From NCBI GenBank assembly GCA_905235615.1, contig CAJOMB010000014.1:1-35448 (forward strand): a DNA stretch of 35,448 nucleotides, given 5' to 3'. Numbering within the stretch: position 1 is the first letter of the stretch; each line of letters begins with the position of its first letter. The notes under the pieces were generated by a model that was given only the letters and a program-made list of their open reading frames with translations, did not search any database and was not told the DNA's origin. The DNA is from an uncultured Bacteroidales bacterium. Lineage in GTDB: Bacteria > Bacteroidota > Bacteroidia > Bacteroidales > UBA932. Shown here piece by piece: positions 34,364 through 35,448 of this stretch. Position numbers and translations under genes: made by a program.

Positions 34364-35448
34364 TGGTTCTCATGAAAGCCCTCCAGGTAATCCTGGCACT
34401 CTCTGTGCTTCTTTCACGAACTGGGGCACTTTCTGTGGGCCAAGCTGTTCCGCATCCGCGTGGACAAATTCTTCCTTTTTTTCGATGCGGGCGGTGTAAA
34501 ACTGTTCTCTACCCGCATGCACTGGTTCGTGAAGCTGGTGCCCGCCGCCGCCCGTTGGGAGACGGAGTACGGGATAGGCTGGCTGCCGCTTGGCGGTTAC
34601 TGCAAGATTGCCGGCATGGTGGACGAATCCATGGACACCGAGTCCCTGAAAGGGGAGCCGCAGCCCTGGGAGTTCCGTACCAAACCGGCCTGGCAGCGGC
34701 TTTTGGTAATGTCCGGCGGTGTGCTCAACAACTTCCTGCTGGCCGTCCTGCTGTTCTGCGGCATCCTGGCCATCTGGGGAGACAATTACCTGCCCAACCA
34801 GTATGCCGTCTATGTGAACGGGCTGGGGGAGACCATGGGTTTCCGCAGCGGTGACCGCATCCTCCGCTACGATGATTTCGAGCCCGCGGATTTTCTGAAT
34901 CTCCAGGCCGATCTGGCCCGCCGTCAGGTCTCCGCGGTGCAGGTCCTCCGCGGCACCGACACCCTTACACTGTATATGGATGAGCGCCTGATGGGGGAGG
35001 TGGTGAACACGCCCGGCGTGTTTGACGTAGCCCTGCCCTTTGTTGTGGACAGCCTCATGCCCACATCCCTGAATCTGGAAGCCGGCCTTGTGAAAGGAGA
35101 CCGGATTGTGGCGGTGGACGGCATGTCCACCCCTTACCTTCAGGACGCCCAGAAGATTCTGCGGGCCCGTCCGGGGGAGGAATTGCCTGTGACGGTGCTC
35201 CGGGAAGGGGACAGCCTGGCGTTCTCCCTGCAGGTGGATTCGCTGGGCCTGCTGGGAATCTATCCCAAGCCGATTTCCTTCGAACACAGGTCCTATTCCG
35301 TTGCCCGGTCCATTCCGGCGGGTTGCGCCCTGGCCTGGAATTCCGTGACGGGCTACCTTCGGGACCTCCGCTTGGTGGCCACGCCTTCTACCGGGGCCTA
35401 CAAGTCCGTGGGCAGTTTCATTGCCATCGGCCAGGTGTTCCCCTCTAC
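34360..35448 (+). CDS. rseP: RIP metalloprotease RseP; runs off the window end and is frameshifted at about 34411-34415 as sequenced
   Basis: N-terminus MMVLMKALQVILALSVLL is in the frame of 34360. From 34415 the +1 frame reads HELGHFLWAKLFRIRVDKFFLFFD...ETEYGIGWLPLGGYCKIAGMVDES...WEFRTKPAWQRLLVMSGGVLNN, then PDZ-like GDRIV; no stop was seen before the window end. Confidence 0.9.

Noticed and set aside
34415-34854. C-terminal part of the 164-aa ORF 34360-34854 as an independent protein
   Set aside because: It is the out-of-frame continuation of rseP after the frameshift.
1-35448. CRISPR arrays, IS elements, reverse transcriptases and rRNA
   Set aside because: No regularly spaced repeats and no transposase, RT or rRNA signatures were seen on reading the window.

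Overview
A GC-rich, gene-dense and mostly housekeeping segment of a Bacteroidales chromosome. The taxon is inferred from TAnnTTTG -7 promoter boxes, Bacteroidetes-type RpoZ/BamA/BamD/Skp proteins and the nadK-uppS-bamA-skp and M23-dxr-rseP gene orders. It holds 34 CDSs and one tRNA-His(GTG); no CRISPR array, transposase or integrase was seen. The best candidate for an undescribed system is the operon at 24506-28872. It pairs a full-length M49/DPP-III-like lipoprotein, whose three Zn ligands are replaced by Arg/Lys/Lys, with an SLC13/DASS permease and a DcaP-like porin, which suggests a pseudopeptidase-assisted anion uptake system. Other points of interest: a lower-GC AAA_14/DUF4143 gene beside tRNA-His bracketed by a 16/17-bp direct repeat; a hairpin-rich non-coding stretch before gdhA ending in a terminator-like hairpin that contains the gdhA promoter; a frameshift in rseP just before HELGH; several apparently leaderless genes; and an OadA-like carboxyltransferase lacking the biotinylation lysine. 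All family calls are by-eye motif recognition, not database searches.
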